A stretch of DNA of 27,396 nucleotides from assembly GCF_021290985.1 (NCBI RefSeq), contig NZ_JAJOYU010000043.1, positions 1 through 27,396 of the forward strand, read 5' to 3'. This DNA is from Rheinheimera soli. GTDB taxonomy: Bacteria; Pseudomonadota; Gammaproteobacteria; Enterobacterales; Alteromonadaceae. Below the pieces are notes generated by a model. It ran no database searches, was not told the origin of the DNA, and worked only from the letters and a program-made list of their open reading frames with translations. A program made the translations under genes and the position numbers. Shown here piece by piece: positions 13,940 to 23,355 of this stretch; position 1 is the stretch's first letter, and each line of letters starts with the position of its first letter.

Positions 13940-16915
13940 ATGAAAACATTCTCCATGCATCCGTTGGCGAGAGGCATTCATATGCTTCTGACAAGTAGCA
14001 CTTTGTTACTCCCCACTTTCGTTTTGGCAGAGCAACAAACAGAGCCGCCTATACAGGAAGAACAGAAAAAAAATGAAGAAAAAGAACAACAGGATATCGA
14101 AATAATTCAGGTTTCTTATGGCTATGCCTCAGTTGAGAAAAAAGACCTGACGGGCGCTATAGCAACAGTAAAGCTTGAAGATATTTCCGACATGCCAGCA
14201 GGTAATATCATGCAAAATTTACAAGGTCGGGTACCAGGCCTGCAAATAACCACCAGTGGCAACCCGAACTCAGCGGCCACTGTTCGTATTCGTGGCCAGG
14301 GTTTGGGTCCTTTGGGAAACAATGACCCTCTGTACGTGATTGATGGTATTCCCACTAAATCAGGTCTGCACGAGATCAACAGCAATGATATAGCGGACGT
14401 ACAGGTACTGCGTGACGCTGCCGCGGCCAGTATTTATGGTTCACGTGCCGGCAATGGCGTCATTGTGGTCACGACAAAAAAGGGTGAAGAAGGTCTTGAT
14501 TTTAACTTTCGTTTTAATCAGACCCGTGAAAGTTATAATTACGATCTACAACCCCTGAATACTGAACAACGAGGCGCAGCCGTATGGCGTGCCGCAGTAA
14601 ATGACAAAACCAATCCGAATACAGCAAGCCCCTTGTATAACTTTGACTGGAATGGCGATTACGATAATCCACAACTCAATAGCGTAAACCTTCCTGCGTT
14701 TACAGATCCCGACAATCTGCAACGCCCCGCCGACACCCGTTGGTTTGATTTAGTCACCCGCGAAGCTGATGTGCGGGATTTCAATGCGTCTTTATCTGGA
14801 GGAGATGACAATAGCCGGTATTACAGTTCAATTGGTTATTACAACTCAGACGGCATAGTGGATGGTTCTAACTTTGAACGTATGGCCTTTCGGCTTAACT
14901 CTGAACATGAACTGATTAAAGACCGCTTAAAAGTAGGCCAAACTTTTCTGCTGACTAATCAGGTTGGCAACCTGATTAATGACTTAGCAGGACAAATTCT
15001 GGGTTTATCCATTGAGCAGCAATCCATAGTCCCGGTTTTCAACGATGAAGGTGGCTGGGGAGGCCCTGTGCCTGGGATCACTGACAGGGATAACCCGGTC
15101 AGGATCATTGAACAAAACCGTGACAATAACCACCGTTTTAACAAGGTGATGCCTGGCTTTTTTGCCGAATACAGTCCTTTAGAGGATCTTAAACTCCGAA
15201 GCAGTTTAAGTGTCGACTACAGCCAGTTCTACTTCCGTAATTTTACCCGTAGTTTTAAAGCCGGAACTCTGACCTTTGGCGACAGGCTGACGGTCGATGA
15301 CAACTGGAGCCGCAGCATCATCGCCAGTAATACCGCCAGCTACAAAGTGGTATTGAATGAGAAACACAGCTTCAATTTGCTGGCTGGTATTGAAAAAATC
15401 AACTTTAAAAGCGAATCTGCCCGCGCCATAGGGTCTGGTTTTGCCTCCAACGATCGTGATTTTGCGTTCTTATCTCAGGCTACCCGGGATGTACGGGTGG
15501 AAGGTGATGGCGACAGCTGGGCACTGGACTCTCAGTTTGCCCGTGCCGACTATAACTACGATGATCGTTATCTTGCATCAGCCACAGTGCGACGTGATGG
15601 TTCATCCCGGTTTGGCGAAAACAATAAATACGGCACCTTTCCGGCCTTTTCTGCAGGCTGGGTGCTGTCCAACGAAGAGTTTTTTAATCTCGCCTATATT
15701 TCCAACCTGAAACTACGGCTGAGCTGGGGTGAAACCGGTAATCAGGAGATTCCAGGCAATGCCACCGCAACCACTTATATCCCTCGTTACGCCACTCAGT
15801 CTTTGTTTACCAATCAACAAGACGAAGGCACAGCTTATGACATAACAGGTGCCAATGGAGGTACTTTGCCTTCAGGTTTTGTACGTGCTCAAACGGGTAA
15901 CCCTGATCTGAAATGGGAAACATCAACACAAAGCAACATAGGTCTTGATATTGACCTGTTTTCCAACACTGTCTATGCAAGCTTCGATTGGTATCAGAAA
16001 GAAACAACGGACATTCTTACACTGACCCGCCCTGTCGCCACTTTAGGTGAAGGAGCACAAAAATGGGTAAACGGTGGCACCATCGAAAATAATGGCTTTG
16101 AAATGATCTTAGGTTATCAGGACTGGCTAAGTTTCGATGGCTGGGACGATCTCAAAGTGGACGCATCCTTTAACTTGTCCAAATCCAGAAATAAGGTTAC
16201 AGCCTTACCGCAAGACGTGATCAACAGCTTTGGTGGCAACGGCCAGGATAAAACCATTCTTGGTCGTTCCATCAACTCTGTATACGGTTATGTGGCCGAA
16301 GGATTGTTTCAAAGCCAAACCGAAGTAGATGAACATGCAACTCAGGCGGGGGCAGCTCCGGGGCGGATACGCTGGGCAGATCTGGATGGCAATGGCGTGA
16401 TCAACGAAAACGATCAGGACTTTTTTGCTACTACAGATCCTGATTTTCTCTATGGCTTGAATCTGACACTGAACTACAGAGACTGGGACTTCAATATGTT
16501 CTGGCAAGGTGTGAAAGGTGGCCAAATCCGTAACAACTGGCGCCTCTTTACCGATTTCACCTCGCTGAATATTGGCTCTAACTATGGATCAAGAGTATTG
16601 GACGCCTGGACTTTGCAAAACACCGACTCCACTGTACCAGCCCTGACGTTAGTTGATACCAATGGCGAAGGCCGTCAGTCCAGTTTTTTCTGGGAAGAAG
16701 GCAGTTATCTGAAGCTCAGAAATATTTCCGTTGGTTACAGACCTAATCTTGATCTGCTGGATAAATTTGGCATTCAGGAAGCCCGGATTTACCTGCAAGC
16801 CTCTAATTTACTCACTCTGACACCGGGTGGAACCTTAAGCGAAGATCCGGAAACACCCAATGAAGTCTTCCCGGTGCCACGCCGTATCACTCTTGGCCTT
16901 GAAATGACCTTTTAA
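13940..16915 (+). CDS. SusC/RagA-type TonB-dependent outer-membrane transporter
   Basis: Start chosen at MKTFSMHPL... (signal peptide, AGGA RBS) rather than the TTG at 13808. The plug region LTGAIATVKLEDI...LQGRVPGLQI...VRIRG...PLYVIDGIP...DIADVQVLRDAAAASIYGSRAGNGVIVVTTKKG is the SusC/RagA signature. The C-terminal residue is Phe. Confidence 0.85.
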   Translation: MKTFSMHPLARGIHMLLTSSTLLLPTFVLAEQQTEPPIQEEQKKNEEKEQQDIEIIQVSYGYASVEKKDLTGAIATVKLEDISDMPAGNIMQNLQGRVPGLQITTSGNPNSAATVRIRGQGLGPLGNNDPLYVIDGIPTKSGLHEINSNDIADVQVLRDAAAASIYGSRAGNGVIVVTTKKGEEGLDFNFRFNQTRESYNYDLQPLNTEQRGAAVWRAAVNDKTNPNTASPLYNFDWNGDYDNPQLNSVNLPAFTDPDNLQRPADTRWFDLVTREADVRDFNASLSGGDDNSRYYSSIGYYNSDGIVDGSNFERMAFRLNSEHELIKDRLKVGQTFLLTNQVGNLINDLAGQILGLSIEQQSIVPVFNDEGGWGGPVPGITDRDNPVRIIEQNRDNNHRFNKVMPGFFAEYSPLEDLKLRSSLSVDYSQFYFRNFTRSFKAGTLTFGDRLTVDDNWSRSIIASNTASYKVVLNEKHSFNLLAGIEKINFKSESARAIGSGFASNDRDFAFLSQATRDVRVEGDGDSWALDSQFARADYNYDDRYLASATVRRDGSSRFGENNKYGTFPAFSAGWVLSNEEFFNLAYISNLKLRLSWGETGNQEIPGNATATTYIPRYATQSLFTNQQDEGTAYDITGANGGTLPSGFVRAQTGNPDLKWETSTQSNIGLDIDLFSNTVYASFDWYQKETTDILTLTRPVATLGEGAQKWVNGGTIENNGFEMILGYQDWLSFDGWDDLKVDASFNLSKSRNKVTALPQDVINSFGGNGQDKTILGRSINSVYGYVAEGLFQSQTEVDEHATQAGAAPGRIRWADLDGNGVINENDQDFFATTDPDFLYGLNLTLNYRDWDFNMFWQGVKGGQIRNNWRLFTDFTSLNIGSNYGSRVLDAWTLQNTDSTVPALTLVDTNGEGRQSSFFWEEGSYLKLRNISVGYRPNLDLLDKFGIQEARIYLQASNLLTLTPGGTLSEDPETPNEVFPVPRRITLGLEMTF

Positions 16916-16938
16916 CAGCAATTTCAGCACATCAACGA

Positions 16939-18666
16939 ATGAGAACTACTATGAAACAGCTTATATACCCTTTATTCTGCAGCCTGCTTGCACTGCAGCT
17001 GGCTGCCTGTGGCGGAAGTGACGATCTGGACGTGCCGCCAAAGGCAGTATTGACACCTGATCAAGTCAGCACTGTAGCTAATATAGATGCACTGGTGATT
17101 GCCGCTTATAGCTACCTTGGCAACGACCACTACACAGCGCCCAACTTTTTATGGCCTACAGGAAATCTTCGTGCTGGAGATGCCCATAAAGGTGGTAATG
17201 GCCCTTCCGATATCTTTGCTTACCATGCCTTATCTATGTTTGAACCTATAGTGCCGGAAATGGAATCTTTTCCACCCGACCTTATTGATTTGAATGATAA
17301 AAAATGGACCCGCAATTACACAGGCATTTCCCGTGCAAACGAAGTGCTGCGTGTCATTGCCAACGCCGACAGCGCGGTAAGAGATACGCTGCAGCAAAAA
17401 GTTGCTGAGGCTCGTTTTGTCAGAGCACTGTTTTACTTTGACTTAAAAATCCACCACAAATGGATGCCCTGGATAGATGAAACACTGTCGCAGGAGCAAA
17501 TACTGACCACCAGTAACCGCGATCTGACAGATCAACAGTTATGGGACAAAATAGCGGACGATTTTCGTTTTGCTGTGAACAATTTGCCTGATGTGCAAAA
17601 AGATGTCGGCAGGGCATCCGCCCTTTCTGCAAAAGCATTACTGGCAAAAACCTTGTTGTATCAAGCTTATGAGCAAGACGAACAACACAATGTTATTGCT
17701 ATCAATACAGACAAGCTCAATGAAGTGGTCAGATTGGTGACAGAAGTCGAGCAGTCGAATGTCTATAACCTGTACGACGACTATGCAAAAAACTTCCTAG
17801 TTGAGTATGAAAATGGTGTGGAATCCGTTTTTGCAATACAGCGTTCGTTAAATGATGGCTCCCCGGATGGACGCGGCAGCTGGGCCAGCGCATTAAATGC
17901 TCCTCAGTCAGGTGGCTTTGGTTGTTGTGGTTTTCATGTGCCGACAGAAAACTTTGTTAATGCCTTCAAAACAGGGGCTGATGGCTTGCCTTTGTTTGAT
18001 ACAGGGAATAACGCTATTTATAACAAAGACACAGACGCTGTTGACCCTCGACTGGATCACACTGTCGCCATGCAAGGTAAACCTTTTAAATACGATGCCA
18101 ATCTAATCCATGGTGGAGACTCCTGGTCCAGAGCACCAGCTATCTATGGAAACTACACAGGGATGAAAGATTTAGAACATCCTGACTGTGATTGCCGTGG
18201 CGAAAATGGCCCCTTCCCTATTTTCTCTCTGAACACTGTAATGGTGCGTTTTTCAGATGTGTTGTTATGGAAAGCTGAAGCTCTGATTGAACTGGATCGA
18301 ATGAACGAAGCAGTGCCAATTATTAACAGGTTACGCCAAAGAGCTGCAGCCAGCACCGCCCGTTTAAACAACGCAAGTATCTACAGAATAGGTCAGTACA
18401 GCGCTTTCAACTCAAAAGACGAAGCCCGACAAGCCTTGCGCTGGGAGCGTCGGTTGGAATTGGGACTGGAAGGCCATCGCTTTTTTGACCTGGTGCGCTG
18501 GGGGGTAGCCAAAGAAAGTCTGGATCAGTATTTCCTGATAGAAAAAGGCCGAAAACCTTACCTGCAATCGGCTCATTTCACCAAAAACAAACACGAATAC
18601 CTGCCGATCCCAAATCTGCAGATCAACTTAAGCGGCGGGTTGTACGTCCAGAACCCGGGATACTAA
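16939..18666 (+). CDS. SusD/RagB-family outer-membrane lipoprotein
   Basis: Lipobox LQLAAC. Motifs RFVRALFYFDL, LLWKAEALIEL, INRLRQRA and RWERRLELGLEGHRFFDLVRWG match the SusD-like pattern. It lies immediately downstream of the susC-like gene. The start could instead be the ATG at 16951. Confidence 0.85.
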   Translation: MRTTMKQLIYPLFCSLLALQLAACGGSDDLDVPPKAVLTPDQVSTVANIDALVIAAYSYLGNDHYTAPNFLWPTGNLRAGDAHKGGNGPSDIFAYHALSMFEPIVPEMESFPPDLIDLNDKKWTRNYTGISRANEVLRVIANADSAVRDTLQQKVAEARFVRALFYFDLKIHHKWMPWIDETLSQEQILTTSNRDLTDQQLWDKIADDFRFAVNNLPDVQKDVGRASALSAKALLAKTLLYQAYEQDEQHNVIAINTDKLNEVVRLVTEVEQSNVYNLYDDYAKNFLVEYENGVESVFAIQRSLNDGSPDGRGSWASALNAPQSGGFGCCGFHVPTENFVNAFKTGADGLPLFDTGNNAIYNKDTDAVDPRLDHTVAMQGKPFKYDANLIHGGDSWSRAPAIYGNYTGMKDLEHPDCDCRGENGPFPIFSLNTVMVRFSDVLLWKAEALIELDRMNEAVPIINRLRQRAAASTARLNNASIYRIGQYSAFNSKDEARQALRWERRLELGLEGHRFFDLVRWGVAKESLDQYFLIEKGRKPYLQSAHFTKNKHEYLPIPNLQINLSGGLYVQNPGY

Positions 18667-18673
18667 CCAGCAC

Positions 18674-18706
18674 CAGTCAGAGCTGGCCTGGTGTCCGCTC
18701 TGACTG
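18674..18706 (+). other. Strong intercistronic hairpin between the susD-like and MFS genes
   Basis: Perfect 10-bp inverted repeat CAGTCAGAGC / GCTCTGACTG with a 13-nt loop, 8 nt after the susD-like stop. No T-tract follows, so it is not a canonical intrinsic terminator. Confidence 0.4.
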
Positions 18707-18727
18707 TTGTCACTAAAGAAGAAAGAT

Positions 18728-20044
18728 ATGAATAAAATTCTGTATTGGGCGATGACAGTTGCTGTCGCTGGTTTTTTGTTTGGTTTTGATACTGCCGTTA
18801 TTTCCGGCGCAGATAAACCAACACAAGAGCTATGGCAAAGCTCCCCTCTGTTTCATGGTTTATTTGTGATGTCCTCAGCATTATGGGGCACAGTACTGGG
18901 TGCATTGTTCGGCAGTTGGCCTTGTGACCGTTTTGGCCGTAAATTCACACTGGTGCTGATTGGTGTGCTTTATACAATCTCCGCTATTGGCAGCGCCTTA
19001 GCACCTGATCCCTACAGCTTTGCTGTACTTCGTTTTATTGGCGGCTTAGGTGTGGGTATGTCCTCTATTGCAGTTCCGGCCTATATCGCAGAAATTGCGC
19101 CGGCAGCCTGGCGTGGTCGGCTGGTTGCGTTGTACCAGTTCCAGATTGTATTCGGAATTCTGGTCGCATTCCTGTCAAATTATTTGCTGGCCGGCACTAT
19201 TGATGCCGACTGGCGATTAATGCTGGGTGTAGAAACTATACCGGCGCTGGCTTATTTATTGATGGTGTTACGTGCACCTGAAAGTCCCCGCTGGCTATTG
19301 CAACAACAAAAACCTGAGCAGGCCAGAGCCGTCTTTCGCCAGCTTGGGCATCAGAATGCTGAGCAAATTATTAGCGATTTCCAGCGCGAGCAGCGGGTTC
19401 ACGCTAACGAATCCTTGCTGGCCAGACGCTACAGTTTCCCCGTTATGTTGGCATTTCTGATTGCCGTCTTTAATCAGGTGTCCGGTATCAATTTTATAAT
19501 TTATTACGCCCCCCGCGTTTTTGAATTGGCAGGACTGGATAGCTCAGCCTCATTGCTGTCCAGTGCTGGTATAGGAGTGATCAACTTAGTCTTTACCATG
19601 TTGGGGCTCTACCTGATTGATCGGCTGGGTCGAAAAACGCTGATGTATATAGGCTCTGTAGGTTACATCTTGTCACTCGCAACTGTCAGTTGGGCTTTCT
19701 CCAGCGGATTCACTGGCTATTTTGTTGTGGGTGCCATTTTTACCTTTATTGCAGCCCACGCCATAGGCCAAGGCGCTGTGATCTGGGTCTTTATTTCAGA
19801 GATATTCCCAAATGCTGTGCGCTCTAAAGGCCAGTCACTGGGTTCAGGTACTCACTGGATCTTTGCAGCTCTTATCACCCTGATGATGCCCTGGGTTCTT
19901 GCCCATTTCAGCGCGGCTCAGGTCTTTGCATTTTTCACATTCGCCATGGTGTTACAACTCATTTTTGTCAAAACCATGATGCCAGAAACCAAAGGCAGGA
20001 CCCTGGAAGAGTTATCCGGTAGCCTGCTGTCGAAGGAGATATAA
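18728..20044 (+). CDS. MFS sugar porter family monosaccharide:H+ symporter
   Basis: Motifs GFLFGFDTAVISGA, PESPRWL and PETKGRTLEE. The ATG at 18728 is preferred over the TTG at 18707, which lies inside the hairpin. Confidence 0.85.
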   Translation: MNKILYWAMTVAVAGFLFGFDTAVISGADKPTQELWQSSPLFHGLFVMSSALWGTVLGALFGSWPCDRFGRKFTLVLIGVLYTISAIGSALAPDPYSFAVLRFIGGLGVGMSSIAVPAYIAEIAPAAWRGRLVALYQFQIVFGILVAFLSNYLLAGTIDADWRLMLGVETIPALAYLLMVLRAPESPRWLLQQQKPEQARAVFRQLGHQNAEQIISDFQREQRVHANESLLARRYSFPVMLAFLIAVFNQVSGINFIIYYAPRVFELAGLDSSASLLSSAGIGVINLVFTMLGLYLIDRLGRKTLMYIGSVGYILSLATVSWAFSSGFTGYFVVGAIFTFIAAHAIGQGAVIWVFISEIFPNAVRSKGQSLGSGTHWIFAALITLMMPWVLAHFSAAQVFAFFTFAMVLQLIFVKTMMPETKGRTLEELSGSLLSKEI

Positions 20045-20047
20045 CCT

Positions 20048-22102
20048 ATGCGTCGTATTTATGTTTTATGCACGGCTTTAGTTCTGGCAGGCTGTAACCT
20101 GCCTTCAACACCAAAAAACACCGGAGCTGGAGCCCTGCCGCTTTATCAGGAACAATACAGGCCACAAGTGCATTTTACGCCTGAACAACGCTGGATGAAT
20201 GACCCAAACGGTATGTTTTATTACCAGGGCGAATACCACCTGTTTTATCAGTACAATCCGGATGCATCAGTGTGGGGCCCTATGCATTGGGGCCACGCGA
20301 TCAGTAAAGATCTGTTGCACTGGGAACATCAGCCCATAGCCTTATATCCGGATCAGTTAGGCACAATCTTTTCTGGCAGCGCCGTTGTTGATCATGAAAA
20401 CACCAGCGGCCTGGGTACGAAAGAGAACCCGCCTATAGTCGCCATTTATACCTATCATGACCCTGTAGGGGAAAAACAGGGCCGGACAGATTTCCAGACT
20501 CAAGGCCTGGCCTATAGCCTGGATAAAGGCCGGAGCTGGATAAAACACCCGGCAAACCCTGTGTTAGCGAATCCTGGGATCAAAGATTTTCGTGACCCTA
20601 AAGTGGTATGGCATGAGCAGAGTAAAAAATGGATTATGGTGCTGGCGCAGGCCGATCATATAGGTTTTTACAGCTCGAAAAACTTAATCGACTGGAACTT
20701 CGAAAGTAACTTTGGCAAAGACTGGGGCAGCCATATTGGCGTTTGGGAATGTCCGGATTTAGTTCTGTTGCCCATTGAAGGTTCAGAACAATACAAGTAT
20801 GTGCTGATTGTCAGTGTAGGTTCTGGCGGCCCGAATGGAGGCTCTGCGACTCAGTATTTTGTCGGTGACTTTGACGGCAAAAGCTTTCAGTTGGATGAAG
20901 ACTGGCAACAGGCATTAAAACCTGAAGCACCAGTATTTCCACAAGGGCAAATCTTCGCTGATTTTGAAAGTGGAATACAGGGATGGACTGCAGTGGGTAA
21001 CGCCTTTGCGAATGCGCCAACCGCTGGTGCTCACCCGGCACAGTCACCGGTGCAGGGTTTTGAAGGCCAGTATTTGCTCAACAGTTTCGCCGACAAAGAC
21101 AAGGCCACAGGAACTTTAACATCAAGAGCCTTTACTATTAGCAACAGCTACATCAACTTTATGTTGGCTGGTGGCAAGTTTGATGGAAAGCTAGGCATGA
21201 ACCTGTTGGTTGATGGCAAGGTAGTCCGCACTGCAACAGGCCAAAATAGCGAGAACTTTCAAATACATAGTTGGGATGTGACCGATCTGAAAGGGCAGCA
21301 GGCAGTGTTGCAGGTGATCGATGAGATCAGCGAAAATTGGGGACATATTTATCTGGATCAGATTGTATTTTCCGATAAACCTGCTTCTTCTAAAGTAGAA
21401 CCTGCACTCTGGCTGGACTATGGTACGGACAATTATGCTGGCGTCACCTTCAGCGCTATACCCGGAGAGCTGAAACAGAGCATCTTTATGGGCTGGATGA
21501 GCAACTGGCAATATGCACAAACGGTTCCGACTGAAGTATGGCGTAGTGCCATGACCTTACCACGACAGCTGGATCTGGTGCACAGTGATGGCCTGTTACG
21601 ACTGAAATCTACACTGATACCTGAACTGCAAAAGCTTGAGCTGAATAAAAAGCAATTTGGGCCACTTTCAGGCCGGCATACAATAGCTTTACCTAAGCCT
21701 GAACATCAGTCCGGTTCCAGCCGTATTGACCTGAAGCTGGAGCAACAGCAAGGTGTGTCTGAGCTGATTTTGCATAACCAGGCTGGTGATCAGGTAAAAA
21801 TTGAGTTTGATTTTGTGAAAAAAGAACTACGACTTGATCGCAGACAGTCTGGTAAGGTGGATTTTGATAAACATTTTGGCAATGTGCAAATAGCACCAAT
21901 GATGGGGGATTTCAGTAAAAACACCCTGACCTTAGTACTGGATGCATCCTCACTGGAGCTGTTTTGGCAAGATGGTCAGGTGGTGATGACCGCCCTGCTG
22001 TTTCCACAACAACCTTATGACAGCTTGAAGCTAGATCTTGCCAAAGGCTCGACCATCGAGCAATTGACCTTAACAGAGCTAAAGTCAATCTGGAAAAATT
22101 AG
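20048..22102 (+). CDS. Glycoside hydrolase family 32 lipoprotein (beta-fructosidase / levanase-type) with an inserted extra domain
   Basis: Lipobox LVLAGC. GH32 catalytic motifs WMNDPNG, FRDP and WECPDL are present, along with YFVGDFDG...LDYGTDNYAG...GWMSNWQYA and a C-terminal beta-sandwich. The RBS is AAGGAGAT. Confidence 0.9.
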   Translation: MRRIYVLCTALVLAGCNLPSTPKNTGAGALPLYQEQYRPQVHFTPEQRWMNDPNGMFYYQGEYHLFYQYNPDASVWGPMHWGHAISKDLLHWEHQPIALYPDQLGTIFSGSAVVDHENTSGLGTKENPPIVAIYTYHDPVGEKQGRTDFQTQGLAYSLDKGRSWIKHPANPVLANPGIKDFRDPKVVWHEQSKKWIMVLAQADHIGFYSSKNLIDWNFESNFGKDWGSHIGVWECPDLVLLPIEGSEQYKYVLIVSVGSGGPNGGSATQYFVGDFDGKSFQLDEDWQQALKPEAPVFPQGQIFADFESGIQGWTAVGNAFANAPTAGAHPAQSPVQGFEGQYLLNSFADKDKATGTLTSRAFTISNSYINFMLAGGKFDGKLGMNLLVDGKVVRTATGQNSENFQIHSWDVTDLKGQQAVLQVIDEISENWGHIYLDQIVFSDKPASSKVEPALWLDYGTDNYAGVTFSAIPGELKQSIFMGWMSNWQYAQTVPTEVWRSAMTLPRQLDLVHSDGLLRLKSTLIPELQKLELNKKQFGPLSGRHTIALPKPEHQSGSSRIDLKLEQQQGVSELILHNQAGDQVKIEFDFVKKELRLDRRQSGKVDFDKHFGNVQIAPMMGDFSKNTLTLVLDASSLELFWQDGQVVMTALLFPQQPYDSLKLDLAKGSTIEQLTLTELKSIWKN

Positions 22103-22128
22103 CCTAAACCCTGAAGGGGAAAGAGCAG

Positions 22129-23355
22129 ATGCAAAAACACCGCCTGAATTACTGGTTGCTTAATGGCGCATTTTTCAGCTTTTTTGTTGCCTGGTCTTTT
22201 TCCTTTTCATTTTATGCCATTTGGCTAAAACAAAACGTAGGACTGACTGCAACAGATATTGGTTTTGTCTTCAGTATAAATGCCCTGGTGGCATTTATAC
22301 TGATGCCTTTTTATGGCTTTTGGCAGGACAGGTTAAGCGAAGGTAAAACCCTTCTTTATGTGGTGGCTCTCACCATTTTATGTTGTGGACCATTTTTTAA
22401 CTGGCTTTATCAACCCTTGCTGAAGAGTAACTTCTGGCTGGGTTCTGGAGTTGGAGCCCTGTTTACTGCGGTGAGTTTTGGCGCAGCTGTAGGGGTGCTG
22501 GAATCTTTTATTGAACGCTTAAGCCGCAGAGATGGTTTTGAGTTTGGTCGCTCCAGAATGTGGGGATCTCTGGGCTGGGCCGTCGCCACATTTTTTACAG
22601 GTTTATTACTGAACTGGTATCCGCAATCAGTTTTCTGGTTATCCAGTCTGGCCGGTATTGTTTTCTTGTTTTGCCTGATACGAGTGACCACACCCACCTC
22701 TTCTGCTTCACTGAGTTGCCAGCGGCACATCACAAAGCCTGGCCTGTCTGATCTGCTGCAGGTATTGAAACTACCGGAGTTTCGGCGTTTTGCATTTTAT
22801 ATCATCAGTGTGCCTTGTATTTATCAGGTATTTGACCAGCAGTTTCCGGTTTATTTTGCTTCTAAGTTTGCAGACCCTCAACTGGCGAATATCTATTTTG
22901 GTTATCTGAATTCTTCGCAGGTTTTTCTGGAGGCCGCACTGATGTTTGTCACCCCGGCACTGGTAAACCGAATGGGAGCAAGGCGGGCGCTGATTTTTGC
23001 TGGTGGTATTATGGCGATAAGAATACTGGGTTCAGGACTAGCGACAGGAATGCTGGCTATTTCTGCGTTAAAGCTGCTACATGCGGTGGAACTGCCTGTG
23101 TTATTGGTCGCTATGTTCAAATATATAGCTGCCGTGTTCGACTCACGGCTGTCTACTACCTTGTATATGGTGGGATTTTTGCTGTTCAGCCAACTCAGCG
23201 CTATGGTGTTGTCGCCATTTTTTGGTTATCTGTATGACCACTATGGCTATGCTAACTCCTATCTGCTAATCGGCAGCGTTGTGGTGTGCTGCACCCTGCT
23301 GTCAGCATTCTGGCTCTCTCCTGCTCAGACAGGCTTGAAACCTGTTTCACAATGA
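22129..23355 (+). CDS. LacY/CscB-family oligosaccharide:H+ symporter (probable sucrose or fructo-oligosaccharide permease)
   Basis: 12-TM MFS protein. The N-terminus NYWLLNGAFFSFFVAWSFSFSFYAIWL...FGFWQDRL parallels LacY/CscB. The genomic context is the GH32 gene. Confidence 0.8.
   Translation: MQKHRLNYWLLNGAFFSFFVAWSFSFSFYAIWLKQNVGLTATDIGFVFSINALVAFILMPFYGFWQDRLSEGKTLLYVVALTILCCGPFFNWLYQPLLKSNFWLGSGVGALFTAVSFGAAVGVLESFIERLSRRDGFEFGRSRMWGSLGWAVATFFTGLLLNWYPQSVFWLSSLAGIVFLFCLIRVTTPTSSASLSCQRHITKPGLSDLLQVLKLPEFRRFAFYIISVPCIYQVFDQQFPVYFASKFADPQLANIYFGYLNSSQVFLEAALMFVTPALVNRMGARRALIFAGGIMAIRILGSGLATGMLAISALKLLHAVELPVLLVAMFKYIAAVFDSRLSTTLYMVGFLLFSQLSAMVLSPFFGYLYDHYGYANSYLLIGSVVVCCTLLSAFWLSPAQTGLKPVSQ

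Noticed and set aside
14122-21899. Numerous 60 to 110-aa minus-strand or alternate-frame ORFs inside the susC-like, susD-like, MFS and GH32 genes
   Set aside because: All are nested within long ORFs that carry clear family signatures, and none has independent support.
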